Below, in pieces: positions 36,690 to 50,189 of a DNA stretch of 64,000 nt. The notes beneath the pieces are model-generated. The model saw only the letters and a list, made by a program, of their open reading frames with translations. It ran no database searches and was not told the DNA's origin. Position 1 is the stretch's first letter. Each line of letters begins with the position of its first letter. The position numbers and the translations under genes are program-made. Origin of the DNA: Eledone cirrhosa (Eukaryota); contig OZ024758.1 of NCBI GenBank assembly GCA_964016885.1, positions 40,114,001 through 40,178,000 of the forward strand. The letters run 5' to 3'.

Positions 36690-39600
36690 AGCTTAGCTTA
36701 GCTTTGCTTAGGATAGCTTAGCTTAGGATAGCTTAGGATAGCTTAGCTTAGCATAGCTTAGGATAGCTTAGCTTAGGATAGCTTAGCTTAGGATAGCTTA
36801 GGATAGCTTAGCTTAGGATAGCTTAGGATAGCTTAGCTTAGGATAGCTTAGCTTAGGATAGCTTAGCTTAGCTTAGATTAGGATAGCTTAGCTTAGCTTA
36901 GCTTAGGATAGCTTAGGATAGCTTAGCTTAGGATAGCTTAGGATAGCTTAGCTTAGGATAGCTTAGCTTAGGATAGCTTAGCTTAGGATAGCTTAGGATA
37001 GCTTAGCTTAGGATAGCTTAGCTTAGGATAGCTTAGGATAGCTTAGCTTAGCTTAGGATAGCTTAGCTTAGCTTAGCTTATGATAGCTTAGCTTAGCTTA
37101 GCTTAGCTTAGGATAGCTTAGCTTAGCTTAGCTTAGGATAGCTTAAGATAGCTTAGCTTAGGATAGCTTAGCTTAGCTTAGCTTAGGATAGCTTAGGATA
37201 GCTTAGCTTAGGATAGCTTAGGATAGCTTAGCTTAGGATAGCTTAGCTTAGGATAGCTTAGCTTAGCTTAGCTTAGGAGAGCTTAGCTTAGGAAAGCTTA
37301 GGATAGCTTAGCTTAGGATAGCTTAGCTTAGGATAGCTTAGGATAGCTTAGCTTAGCTTAGCTTAGGATAGCTTAGCTTAGCTTAGCTTAGGATAGCTTA
37401 GCTTAGCTTAGGATAGCTTAGCTTAGCTTACCTTAGGATAGCTTAGCTTAGCTTAGCTTAGGATAGCTTAGCTTAGCTTAGCTTAGGATAGCTTAGCTTA
37501 GCTTAGGATAGCTTAGCTTAGCTTAGCTTAGGATAGCTTAGCTTAGGATAGCTTAGCTTAGGTTAGCTTAGCTTAGCTTAGCTTAGGATAGCTTAGGATA
37601 GCTTAGCTTAGGATAGCTTAGCTTAGCTTAGCTTAGGATAGCTTAGCTTAGCTTAGGATAGCTTAGCTTAGGATAGCTTAGGATAGCTTAGCTTAGCTTA
37701 GCTTAGCTTAGGATAGCTTAGCTTAGCTTAGCTTAGGATAGCTTAGCTTAGCTTAGGATAGCTTAGCTTAGCTTAGGATAGCTTAGGATAGCTTAGGATA
37801 GCTTAGGATAGCTTAGCTTAGGATAGCTTAGCTTAGCTTAGCTTAGGATAGCTTAGCTTAGCTTAGCTTAGGATAGCTTAGCTTAGCTTAGGATAGCTTA
37901 GCTTAGCTTAGCTTAGGATAGCTTAGCTTAGCTTAGCTTAGGATAGCTTAGCTTAGCTTAGGATAGCTTAGCTTAGCTTAACTTAGGATAGCTTAGCTTA
38001 GCTTAGCTTAGCTTAGGATAGCTTAGCTTAGCTTAGGATAGCTTAGCTTAGCTTAGCTTAGGATAGCTTAGCTTAGCTTAGGATAGCTTAGCTTAGCTTA
38101 GCTTAGGAGAGCTTAGCTTAGCTTAGCTTAGGATAGCTTAGCTTAGCTTAGCTTAGGATAGCTTAGCTTAGCTTAGCTTAGGATAGCTTAGCTTAGCTTA
38201 GCTTAGGATAGCTTAGCTTAGCTTAGCTTAGGATAGCTTAGCTTAGCTTAGCTTAGGATAGCTTAGCTTAGCTTAGCTTAGGATAGCTTAGGATAGCTTA
38301 CCTTAGGAGAGCTTAGCTTAGGATAGCTTAGCTTAGGATAGCTTAGGATAACTTAGCTTAGGATAGCTTAGCTTAGGATAGCTTAGCTTAGGATAGCTTA
38401 GCTTAGGATAGCTTAGCTTAGGATAGCTTAGGATAGCTTAGCTTAGCTTAGGATAGCTTAGCTTAGCTTTGCTTAGGATAGCTTAGCTTAGCTTAGCTTA
38501 GGATAGCTTAGGATAGCTTAGCTTAGGATAGCTTAGGATAGCTTAGCTTAGGATAGCTTAGCTTAGGATAGCTTAGGATAGCTTAGCTTAGCTTAGCTTA
38601 GGATAGCTTAGCTTAGCTTAGCTTTGGATAGCTTAGCTTAGCTTAGCTTAGCTTAGGATAGCTTAGCTTAGCTTAGGATAGCTTAGGATAGCTTAGCTTA
38701 GGATAGCTTAGGATAGCTTAGCTTAGGATAGCTTAGCTTAGGATAGCTTAGCTTAAGATAGCTTAGGATAGCTTAGCTTAGGATAGCTTAGCTTAGGATA
38801 GCTTAGCTTAGCTTAGCTTAGGATAGCTTAGCTTGGGATAGCTTAGGATAGCTTAGCTTAGGATAGCTTAGGATAGCTTAGCTTAGCTTAGCTTAGGATA
38901 GCTTACCTTAGCTTAGGATAGATTAGCTTAGCTTAGCTTAGGATAGCTTAGCTTAGCTTAGGATAGCTTAGCTTAGCTTAGCTTAGGATAGCTTAGCTTA
39001 GGATAGCTTAGCTTAGGATAGCTTAGCTTAGGATAGCTTAGCTTAGGATAGCTTAGCTTAGGTAGCTTAGCTTAGCTTAGCTTAGGTTAGCTTAGCTTAG
39101 CTTAGCTTAGGATAGCTTAGCTTAGGATAGCTTAGGATAGCTTAGCTTAGCTTAGCTTAGGATAGCTTAGCTTAGCTTAGCTTAGGATAGCTTAGCTTAG
39201 CTTAGGATAGCTTAGCTTAGCTTAGCTTAGGATAGCTTAGCTTAGCTTAGGATAGCTTAGCTTAGCTTAGCTTAGGATAGCTTAGCTTAGCTTAGTTTAG
39301 GATAGCTTAGGTTAGGATAGCTTAGCTTAGCTTAGCTTAGGATAGCTTAGCTTAGCTTAGCTTAGCTTAGGATAGCTTAGCTTAGCTTAGCTTAGGATAG
39401 CTTAGCTTAGCTTAGGATAGCTTAGCTTAGCTTAGCTTAGGATAGCTTAGCTTAGCTTAGCTTAGGATAGCTTAGCTTGGCTTAGCTTAGGATAGCTTAG
39501 CTTAGCTTGGCTTAGGATAGCCTAGCTTAGCTTAGCTTAGGATGGCTTAGCTTAGCTTAGCTTAGGATAGCTTAGCTTAGCTTAGCTTAGCTTAGTTTAG

Positions 39601-42600
39601 GATAGCTTAGCTTAGCTTAGCTTAGGATAGCTTAGGATAGCTTAGCTTAGGATAGCTTAGGATAGCTTAGCTTAGGATAGCTTAGGATAGCTTAGCTTAG
39701 GATAGCTTAGCTTAGGATAGATTAGCTTAGGATAGCTTATGATAGCTTAGCTTAGGATAGCTTAGGATAGCTTAGGATAGCTTAGCTTAGGATAGCTTAG
39801 CTTAGGATAGCTTAGGAAAGCTTAGCTTAGCTTAGCTTAGGATAGCTTAGCTTAGCTTAGGATAGCTTAGCTTAGCTTAGCTTAGCTTAGGATAGCTTAG
39901 CTTAGCTTAGCTTAGGATAGCTTAGGATAGCTTAGCTTAGGATAACTTAGGATAGCTTAGCTTAGGATAGCTTAGGATAGCTTAGCTTAGGATAGCTTAG
40001 CTTAGGATAGCTTAGCTTAGCTTAGCTTAGCTTAGGATAGCTTAGGATAGCTTAGGATAGCTTAGCTTAGGATAGCTTAGCTTAGGATAGCTTAGGATAG
40101 CTTAGCTTAGCTTAGCTTAGGATAGCTTAGCTTAGCTTAGCTTAGGATAGCTTAGCTTAGCTTTGCTTAGGATAGCTTAGCTTAGGATAGCTTAGGATAG
40201 CTTAGCTTAGCATAGCTTAGGATAGCTTAGCTTAGGATAGCTTAGCTTAGGATAGCTTAGGATAGCTTAGCTTAGGATAGCTTAGGATAGCTTAGCTTAG
40301 GATAGCTTAGCTTAGGATAGCTTAGCTTAGCTTAGATTAGGATAGCTTAGCTTAGCTTAGCTTAGGATAGCTTAGGATAGCTTAGCTTAGGATAGCTTAG
40401 GATAGCTTAGCTTAGGATAGCTTAGCTTAGGATAGCTTAGCTTAGGATAGCTTAGGATAGCTTAGCTTAGGATAGCTTAGCTTAGGATAGCTTAGGATAG
40501 CTTAGCTTAGCTTAGGATAGCTTAGCTTAGCTTAGCTTATGATAGCTTAGCTTAGCTTAGCTTAGCTTAGGATAGCTTAGCTTAGCTTAGCTTAGGATAG
40601 CTTAGGATAGCTTAGCTTAGGATAGCTTAGCTTAGCTTAGCTTAGGATAGCTTAGGATAGCTTAGCTTAGGATAGCTTAGGATAGCTTAGCTTAGGATAG
40701 CTTAGCTTAGGATAGCTTAGCTTAGCTTAGGAGAGCTTAGCTTAGGAAAGCTTAGGATAGCTTAGCTTAGGATAGCTTAGCTTAGGATAGCTTAGGATAG
40801 CTTAGCTTAGCTTAGCTTAGGATAGCTTAGCTTAGCTTAGCTTAGGATAGCTTAGCTTAGCTTAGGATAGCTTAGCTTAGCTTACCTTAGGATAGCTTAG
40901 CTTAGCTTAGCTTAGGATAGCTTAGCTTAGCTTAGCTTAGGATAGCTTAGCTTAGCTTAGGATAGCTTAGCTTAGCTTAGCTTAGGATAGCTTAGCTTAG
41001 GATAGCTTAGCTTAGGTTAGCTTAGCTTAGCTTAGCTTAGGATAGCTTAGGATAGCTTAGCTTAGCTTAGCTTAGGATAGCTTAGCTTAGCTTAGGATAG
41101 CTTAGCTTAGGATAGCTTAGGATAGCTTAGCTTAGCTTAGCTTAGCTTAGGATAGCTTAGCTTAGCTTAGCTTAGGATAGCTTAGCTTAGCTTAGGATAG
41201 CTTAGCTTAGCTTAGCTTAGGATAGCTTAGGATAGCTTAGGATAGCTTAGGATAGCTTAGCTTAGGATAGCTTAGCTTAGCTTAGCTTAGGATAGCTTAG
41301 CTTAGCTTAGGATAGCTTAGCTTAGCTTAGCTTAGGATAGCTTAGCTTAGCTTAGCTTAGGATAGCTTAGCTTAGCTTAGCTTAGGTTAGCTTAGCTTAG
41401 CTTAACTTAGGATAGCTTAGCTTAGCTTAGCTTAGCTTAGGATAGCTTAGCTTAGCTTAGGATAGCTTAGCTTAGCTTAGCTTAGGATAGCTTAGCTTAG
41501 CTTAGGTTAGCTTAGCTTAGCTTAGCTTAGGAGAGCTTAGCTTAGCTTAGCTTAGCTTAGGATAGCTTAGCTTAGCTTAGCTTAGGATAGCTTAGCTTAG
41601 CTTAGCTTAGGATAGCTTAGCTTAGCTTAGCTTAGGATAGCTTAGCTTAGCTTAGCTTAGGATAGCTTAGCTTAGCTTAGGATAGCTTAGCTTAGCTTAG
41701 CTTAGGATAGCTTAGGATAGCTTACCTTAGGAGAGCTTAGCTTAGGATAGCTTAGCTTAGGATAGCTTAGGATAACTTAGCTTAGGATAGCTTAGCTTAG
41801 GATAGCTTAGCTTAGGATAGCTTAGCTTAGGATAGCTTAGGATAGCTTAGCTTAGCTTAGGATAGCTTAGCTTAGCTTTGCTTAGGATAGCTTAGCTTAG
41901 CTTAGCTTAGGATAGCTTAGGATAGCTTAGCTTAGGATAGCTTAGGATAGCTTAGCTTAGGATAGCTTAGCTTAGGATAGCTTAGGATAGCTTAGCTTAG
42001 CTTAGCTTAGGATAGCTTAGCTTAGCTTAGCTTTGGATAGCTTAGCTTAGCTTAGCTTAGCTTAGGATAGCTTAGCTTAGCTTAGGATAGCTTAGGATAG
42101 CTTAGCTTAGGATAGCTTAGGATAGCTTAGCTTAGGATAGCTTAGCTTAAGATAGCTTAGGATAGCTTAGCTTAGGATAGCTTAGCTTAGGATAGCTTAG
42201 CTTAGCTTAGCTTAGGATAGCTTAGCTTGGGATAGCTTAGGATAGCTTAGCTTAGGATAGCTTAGCTTAGGATAGCTTAGGATAGCTTAGCTTAGCTTAG
42301 CTTAGGATAGCTTACCTTAGCTTAGGATAGATTAGCTTAGCTTAGCTTAGGATAGCTTAGCTTAGCTTAGGATAGCTTAGCTTAGCTTAGCTTAGGATAG
42401 CTTAGCTTAGGATAGCTTAGCTTAGGATAGCTTAGCTTAGGATAGCTTAGCTTAGGATAGCTTAGCTTAGGATAGCTTAGCTTAGCTTAGCTTAGGTTAG
42501 CTTAGCTTAGCTTAGCTTAGGATAGCTTAGCTTAGGATAGCTTAGGATAGCTGAGCTTAGCTTAGCTTAGGATAGCTTAGCTTAGCTTAGCTTAGTATAG

Positions 42601-43630
42601 CTTAGCTTAGCTTAGCTTAGGATAGCTTAGCTTAGCTTAGCTTAGGATAGCTTAGCTTAGCTTAGGATAGCTTAGCTTAGCTTAGCTTAGGATAGCTTAG
42701 CTTAGCTTAGCTTAGGATAGCTTAGCTTAGCTTAGCTTAGGATAGCTTAGCTTAGCTTAGTTTAGGATAGCTTAGGTTAGGATAGCTTAGCTTAGCTTAG
42801 CTTAGGATAGCTTAGCTTAGCTTAGCTTAGCTTAGGATAGCTTAGCTTAGCTTAGCTTAGGATAGCTTAGCTTAGCTTAGGATAGCTTAGCTTAGCTTAG
42901 CTTAGGATAGCTTAGCTTAGCTTAGCTTAGGATAGCTTAGCTTAGCTTAGCTTAGGATAGCTTAGCTTAGCTTAGCTTAGGATAGCTTAGCTTAGCTTGG
43001 CTTAGGATAGCCTAGCTTAGCTTAGCTTAGGATGGCTTAGCTTAGCTTAGCTTAGGATAGCTTAGCTTAGCTTAGCTTAGCTTAGTTTAGGATAGCTTAG
43101 CTTAGCTTAGCTTAGGATAGCTTAGGATAGCTTAGCTTAGGATAGCTTAGGATAGCTTAGCTTAGGATAGCTTAGGATAGCTTAGCTTAGGATAGCTTAG
43201 CTTAGGATAGCTTAGCTTAGGATAGCTTATGATAGCTTAGCTTAGGATAGCTTAGGATAGCTTAGGATAGCTTAGCTTAGGATAGCTTAGCTTAGGATAG
43301 CTTAGGAAAGCTTAGCTTAGCTTAGCTTAGGATAGCTTAGCTTAGCTTAGGATAGCTTAGCTTAGCTTAGCTTAGCTTAGGATAGCTTAGCTTAGCTTAG
43401 CTTAGGATAGCTTAGGATAGCTTAGCTTAGGATAACTTAGGATAGCTTAGCTTAGGATAGCTTAGGATAGCTTAGCTTAGGATAGCTTAGCTTAGGATAG
43501 CTTAGCTTAGCTTAGCTTAGCTTAGGATAGCTTAGGATAGCTTAGGATAGCTTAGCTTAGGATAGCTTAGCTTAGGATAGCTTAGGATAGCTTAGCTTAG
43601 CTTAGCTTAGGATAGCTTAGCTTAGCTTAG
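36690..43630 (+). repeat. ~3.45 kb tandem duplication (about 36690-40150 and 40150-43630)
   Basis: CTTTGC at 36705/40164, CTTTGGA at 38625/42034 and TGGCT-TAGCC at 39509/42999 (offsets 3459, 3409, 3490). Confidence 0.88.
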
Positions 43631-46600
43631 CTTAGGATAGCTTAGCTTAGCTTAGCTTAGCTTAGGATAGCTTAGCTTAGCTTAGCTTAGGATAGCTTAG
43701 GATAGCTTAGCTTAGGATAGCTTAGGATAGCTTAGCTTAGGATAGCTTAGGATAGCTTAGCTTAGGATAGCTTAGCTTAGGATAGCTTAGGATAGCTTAG
43801 CTTAGCTTAGCTTAGGATAGCTTAGCTTAGCTTAGCTTAGGATAGCTTAGCTTAGCTTAGCTTAGGATAGCTTAGCTTGGGATAGCTTAGGATAGCTTAG
43901 CTTAGGATAGCTTAGCTTAGGATAGCTTAGGATAGCTTAGCTTAGCTTAGCTTAGGATAGCTTACCTTAGCTTAGGATAGATTAGCTTAGCTTAGCTTAG
44001 GATAGCTTAGCTTAGCTTAGGATAGCTTAGCTTAGCTTAGCTTAGGATAGCTTAGCTTAGGATAGCTTAGCTTAGGATAGCTTAGCTTAGGATAGCTTAG
44101 CTTAGGATAGCTTAGATTAGGATAGCTTAGCTTAGCTTAGGTTAGCTTAGCTTAGCTTAGCTTAGGATAGCTTAGCTTAGGATAGCTTAGGATAGCTTAG
44201 CTTAGCTTAGCTTAGGATAGCTTAGCTTAGCTTAGCTCAGTATAGCTTAGCTTAGCTTAGCTTAGGATAGCTTAGCTTAGCTTAGCTTAGGATAGCTTAG
44301 CTTAGCTTAGGATAGCTTAGCTTAGCTTAGCTTAGGATAGCTTAGCTTAGCTTAGCTTAGGATAGCTTAGCTTAGCTTAGCTTAGGATAGCTTAGCTTAG
44401 CTTAGTTTAGGATAGCTTAGGTTAGGATAGCTTAGCTTAGCTTAGCTTAGGATAGCTTAGCTTAGCTTAGCTTAGCTTAGGATAGCTTAGCTTAGCTTAG
44501 CTTAGGATAGCTTAGCTTAGCTTAGGATAGCTTAGCTTAGCTTAGCTTAGGATAGCTTAGCTTAGCTTGGCTTAGGATAGCCTAGCTTAGCTTAGCTTAG
44601 GATGGCTTAGCTTAGCTTAGCTTAGGATAGCTTAGCTTAGCTTAGCTTAGCTTAGTTTAGGATAGCTTAGCTTAGCTTAGCTTAGGATAGCTTAGGATAG
44701 CTTAGCTTAGGATAGCTTAGGATAGCTTAGCTTAGGATAGCTTAGGATAGCTTAGCTTAGGATAGCTTAGCTTAGGATAGCTTAGCTTAGGATAGCTTAT
44801 GATAGCTTAGCTTAGGATAGCTTAGGATAGCTTAGGATAGCTTAGCTTAGGATAGCTTAGCTTAGGATAGCTTAGGAAAGCTTAGCTTAGCTTAGCTTAG
44901 GATAGCTTAGCTTAGCTTAGGATAGCTTAGCTTAGCTTAGCTTAGCTTAGGATAGCTTAGCTTAGCTTAGCTTAGGATAGCTTAGGATAGCTTAGCTTAG
45001 GATAACTTAGGATAGCTTAGCTTAGGATAGCTTAGGATAGTTTAGCTTAGGATAGCTTAGCTTAGGATAGCTTAGCTTAGCTTAGCTTAGCTTAGGATAG
45101 CTTAGGATAGCTTAGGATAGCTTAGCTTAGGATAGCTTAGCTTAGGATAGCTTAGGATAGCTTAGCTTAGCTTAGCTTAGGATAGCTTAGCTTAGCTTAG
45201 CTTAGGATAGCTTAGCTTAGCTTAGCTTAGCTTAGGATAGCTTAGCTTAGCTTAGCTTAGGATAGCTTAGGATAGCTTAGCTTAGGATAGCTTAGGATAG
45301 CTTAGCTTAGGATAGCTTAGGATAGCTTAGCTTAGGATAGCTTAGGATAGCTTAGCTTAGGATAGCTTAGCTTAAGATAGCTTAGGATAGCTTAGCTTAG
45401 GATAGCTTAGCTTAGGATAGCTTAGCTTAGCTTAGCTTAGGATAGCTTAGCTTGGGATAGCTTAGGATAGCTTAGCTTAGGATAGCTTAGCTTAGGATAG
45501 CTTAGGATAGCTTAGCTTAGCTTAGCTTAGGATAGCTTACCTTAGCTTAGGATAGATTAGCTTAGCTTAGCTTAGGATAGCTTAGCTTAGCTTAGGATAG
45601 CTTAGCTTAGCTTAGCTTAGGATAGCTTAGCTTAGGATAGCTTAGCTTAGGATAGCTTAGCTTAGGATAGCTTAGCTTAGGATAGCTTAGCTTAGGATAG
45701 CTTAGCTTAGCTTAGCTTAGGTTAGCTTAGCTTAGCTTAGCTTAGGATAGCTTAGCTTAGGATAGCTTAGGATAGCTTAGCTTAGCTTAGCTTAGGATAG
45801 CTTAGCTTAGCTTAGCTTAGTATAGCTTAGCTTAGCTTAGCTTAGGATAGCTTAGCTTAGCTTAGCTTAGGATAGCTTAACTTAGCTTAGGATAGCTTAG
45901 CTTAGCTTAGCTTAGGATAGCTTAGCTTAGCTTAGCTTAGGATAGCTTAGCTTAGCTTAGCTTAGGATAGCTTAGCTTAGCTTAGTTTAGGATAGCTTAG
46001 GTTAGGATAGCTTAGCTTAGCTTAGCTTAGGATAGCTTAGCTTAGCTTAGCTTAGGATAGCTTAGCATAGCTTAGCTTAGGATAGCTTAGCTTAGCTTAG
46101 GATAGCTTAGCTTAGCTTAGCTTAGGATAGCTTAGCTTAGCTTAGCTTAGGATAGCTTAGCTTAGCTTAGCTTAGGATAGCTTAGCTTAGCTTAGCTTAG
46201 GATAGCTTAGCTTAGCTTGGCTTAGGATAGCCTAGCTTAGCTTAGCTTAGGATGGCTTAGCTTAGCTTAGCTTAGGATAGCTTAGCTTAGCTTAGCTTAG
46301 CTTAGTTTAGGATAGCTTAGCTTAGCTTAGCTTAGGATAGCTTAGGATAGCTTAGCTTAGGATAGCTTAGGATAGCTTAGCTTAGGATAGCTTAGGATAG
46401 CTTAGCTTAGGATAGCTTAGCTTAGGATAGCTTAGCTTAGGATAGCTTATGATAGCTTAGCTTAGGATAGCTTAGGATAGCTTAGGATAGCTTAGCTTAG
46501 GATAGCTTAGCTTAGGATAGCTTAGGAAAGCTTAGCTTAGCTTAGCTTAGGATAGCTTAGCTTAGCTTAGGATAGCTTAGCTTAGCTTAGCTTAGCTTAG

Positions 46601-48730
46601 GATAGCTTAGCTTAGCTTAGCTTAGGATAGCTTAGGATAGCTTAGCTTAGGATAACTTAGGATAGCTTAGCTTAGGATAGCTTAGGATAGCTTAGCTTAG
46701 GATAGCTTAGCTTAGGATAGCTTAGCTTAGCTTAGCTTAGCTTAGGATAGCTTAGGATAGCTTAGGATAGCTTAGCTTAGGATAGCTTAGCTTAGGATAG
46801 CTTAGGATAGCTTAGCTTAGCTTAGCTTAGGATAGCTTAGCTTAGCTTAGCTTAGCTTAGGATAGCTTAGCTTAGCTTAGCTTAGGATAGCTTAGCTTAG
46901 GATAGCTTAGGATAGCTTAGCTTAGGATAGCTTAGGATAGCTTAGCTTAGGATAGCTTAGGATAGCTTAGCTTAGGATAGCTTAGGATAGCTTAGCTTAG
47001 GATAGCTTAGCTTAGGATAGCTTAGGATAGCTTAGCTTAGCTTAGCTTAGGATAGCTTAGCTTAGCTTAGCTTAGGATAGCTTAGCTTAGCTTAGCTTAG
47101 GATAGCTTAGCTTGGGATAGCTTAGGATAGCTTAGCTTAGGATAGCTTAGCTTAGGATAGCTTAGGATAGCTTAGCTTAGCTTAGCTTAGGATAGCTTAC
47201 CTTAGCTTAGGATAGATTAGCTTAGCTTAGCTTAGGATAGCTTAGCTTAGCTTAGGATAGCTTAGCTTAGCTTAGCTTAGGATAGCTTAGCTTAGGATAG
47301 CTTAGCTTAGGATAGCTTAGCTTAGGATAGCTTAGCTTAGGATAGCTTAGCTTAGGATAGCTTAGCTTAGCTTAGGTTAGCTTAGCTTAGCTTAGCTTAG
47401 GATAGCTTAGCTTAGGATAGCTTAGGATAGCTTAGCTTAGCTTAGCTTAGGATAGCTTAGCTTAGCTTAGCTTAGTATAGCTTAGCTTAGCTTAGCTTAG
47501 GATAGCTTAGCTTAGCTTAGCTTAGGATAGCTTAGCTTAGCTTAGGATAGCTTAGCTTAGCTTAGCTTAGGATAGCTTAGCTTAGCTTAGCTTAGGATAG
47601 CTTAGCTTAGCTTAGCTTAGGATAGCTTAGCTTAGCTTAGTTTAGGATAGCTTAGGTTAGGATAGCTTAGCTTAGCTTAGCTTAGGATAGCTTAGCTTAG
47701 CTTAGCTTAGCTTAGGATAGCTTAGCTTAGCTTAGCTTAGGATAGCTTAGCTTAGCTTAGGATAGCTTAGCTTAGCTTAGCTTAGGATAGCTTAGCTTAG
47801 CTTGGCTTAGGATAGCCTAGCTTAGCTTAGCTTAGGATGGCTTAGCTTAGCTTAGCTTAGGATAGCTTAGCTTAGCTTAGCTTAGCTTAGTTTAGGATAG
47901 CTTAGCTTAGCTTAGCTTAGGATAGCTTAGGATAGCTTAGCTTAGGATAGCTTAGGATAGCTTAGCTTAGGATAGCTTAGGATAGCTTAGCTTAGGATAG
48001 CTTAGCTTAGGATAGCTTAGCTTAGGATAGCTTATGATAGCTTAGCTTAGGATAGCTTAGGATAGCTTAGGATAGCTTAGCTTAGGATAGCTTAGCTTAG
48101 GATAGCTTAGGAAAGCTTAGCTTAGCTTAGCTTAGGATAGCTTAGCTTAGCTTAGGATAGCTTAGCTTAGCTTAGCTTAGCTTAGGATAGCTTAGCTTAG
48201 CTTAGCTTAGGATAGCTTAGGATAGCTTAGCTTAGGATAACTTAGGATAGCTTAGCTTAGGATAGCTTAGGATAGTTTAGCTTAGGATAGCTTAGCTTAG
48301 GATAGCTTAGCTTAGCTTAGCTTAGCTTAGGATAGCTTAGGATAGCTTAGGATAGCTTAGCTTAGGATAGCTTAGCTTAGGATAGCTTAGGATAGCTTAG
48401 CTTAGCTTAGCTTAGGATAGCTTAGCTTAGCTTAGTTTAGGATAGCTTAGCTTAGCTTAGCTTAGCTTAGGATAGCTTAGCTTAGCTTAGCTTAGGATAG
48501 CTTAGGATAGCTTAGCTTAGGATAGCTTAGGATAGCTTAGCTTAGGATAGCTTAGGATAGCTTAGCTTAGGATAGCTTAGGATAGCTTAGCTTAGGATAG
48601 CTTAGGATAGCTTAGCTTAGGATAGCTTAGCTTAGGATAGCTTAGGATAGCTTAGCTTAGCTTAGCTTAGGATAGCTTAGCTTAGCTTAGCTTAGGATAG
48701 CTTAGCTTAGCTTAGCTTAGGATAGCTTAG
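42500..48730 (+). repeat. ~1.6 kb higher-order repeat, about 4 units (copy 2)
   Basis: TGGCT-TAGCC cluster at 42999, 44569, 46219 and 47804. Confidence 0.9.
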
Positions 48731-50189
48731 CTTAGCTTACCTTAGGATAGCTTAGCTTAGCTTAGGATAGCTTAGCTTAGGATAGCTTAGCTTAGGATAG
48801 CTTAGGATAGCTTACCTTAGGAGAGCTTAGCTTAGGAAAGCTTAGCTTAGGATAGCTTAGGATAGCTTAGCTTAGGATAGCTTAGCTTAGGATAGCTTAG
48901 CTTAGGATAGCTTAGGATAGCTTAGCTTAGCTTAGCTTAGGATAGCTTAGCTTAGCTTAGCTTAGGATAGCTTAGCTTAGCTTAGCTTAGGATAGCTTAG
49001 CTTAGCTTAGCTTAGGATAGCTTAGGATAGCTTAGCTTAGGATAGCTTAGGATAGCTTAGCTTAGGATAGCTTAGGATAGCTTAGCTTAGGATAGCTTAG
49101 CTTAGGATAGCTTAGGATAGCTTAGCTTAGCTTAGCTTAGGATAGCTTAGGATAGCTTAGCTTAGGATAGCTTAGGATAGCTTAGCTTAGGATAGATTAG
49201 GATAGCTTAGCTTAGGATAGTTTAGGATAGCTTAGCTTAGGATAGCTTAGCTTAGGATAGCTTAGCTTAGCTTAGGATAGCTTAGCTTAGCTTAGCTTAG
49301 GATAGCTTAGCTTGGGATAGCTTAGGATAGCTTAGCTTAGGATAGCTTAGCTTAGGATAGCTTAGGATAGCTTAGCTTAGCTTAGCTTAGGATAGCTTAG
49401 CTTAGCATAGCTTCGGATAGCTTAGCTTAGCTTAGGATAGCTTAGCTTAGCTTAGCTTAGGATAGCTTAGCTAAACTTAGCTTAGGATAGCTTAGCTTAG
49501 CTTAGCTTAGAATAGCTTAGCTTAGGATAGCTTAGCTTAGGATAGCTTAGCTTAGGATAGCTTAGGATAGCTTAGCTTAGGATAGCTTAGGATAGCTTAG
49601 CTTAGGATAGCTTAGCTTAGCTTAGCTTAGGATAGCTTAGCTTAGCTTAGGATAGCTTAGCTTAGCTTAGCTTAGGATAGCTTAGCTTAGGATAGCTTAG
49701 GAAAGCTTAGCTTAGCTTAGCTTAGGATAGCTTAGCTTAGCTTAGCTTAGGATAGCTTAGCTTAGCTTAGGATAGCTTAGCTTAGCTTAGGATAGCTTAG
49801 CTTAGCTTAGCTTAGGATAGCTTAGCTTAGCTTAGCTTAGGATAGCTTAGCTTAGCTTAGCATAGGATAGCTTAGCTTAGCTTAGCTTAGGATAGCTTAG
49901 CTTAGCTTAGCTTAGGATAGCTTAGCTTAGGATAGCTTAGCTTAGCTTAGCTTAGGATAGCTTAGCTTAGCTTAGCTTAGCTTAGGATAGCTTAGCTTAG
50001 CTTAGCTTAGGATAGCTTAGCTTAGCTTAGCTTAGGATAGCTTAGCTTAGATTAGCTTAGGATAGCTTCGCTTAGCTTAGCTTAGGATAGCTTAGCTTAG
50101 TTTAGGAAAGCTTAGCTTAGCTTAGCTTAGGATAGCTTAGCTTAGCTTAGGATAGCTTAGCTTAGCTTAGGATAGCTTAGCTTAGCTTA

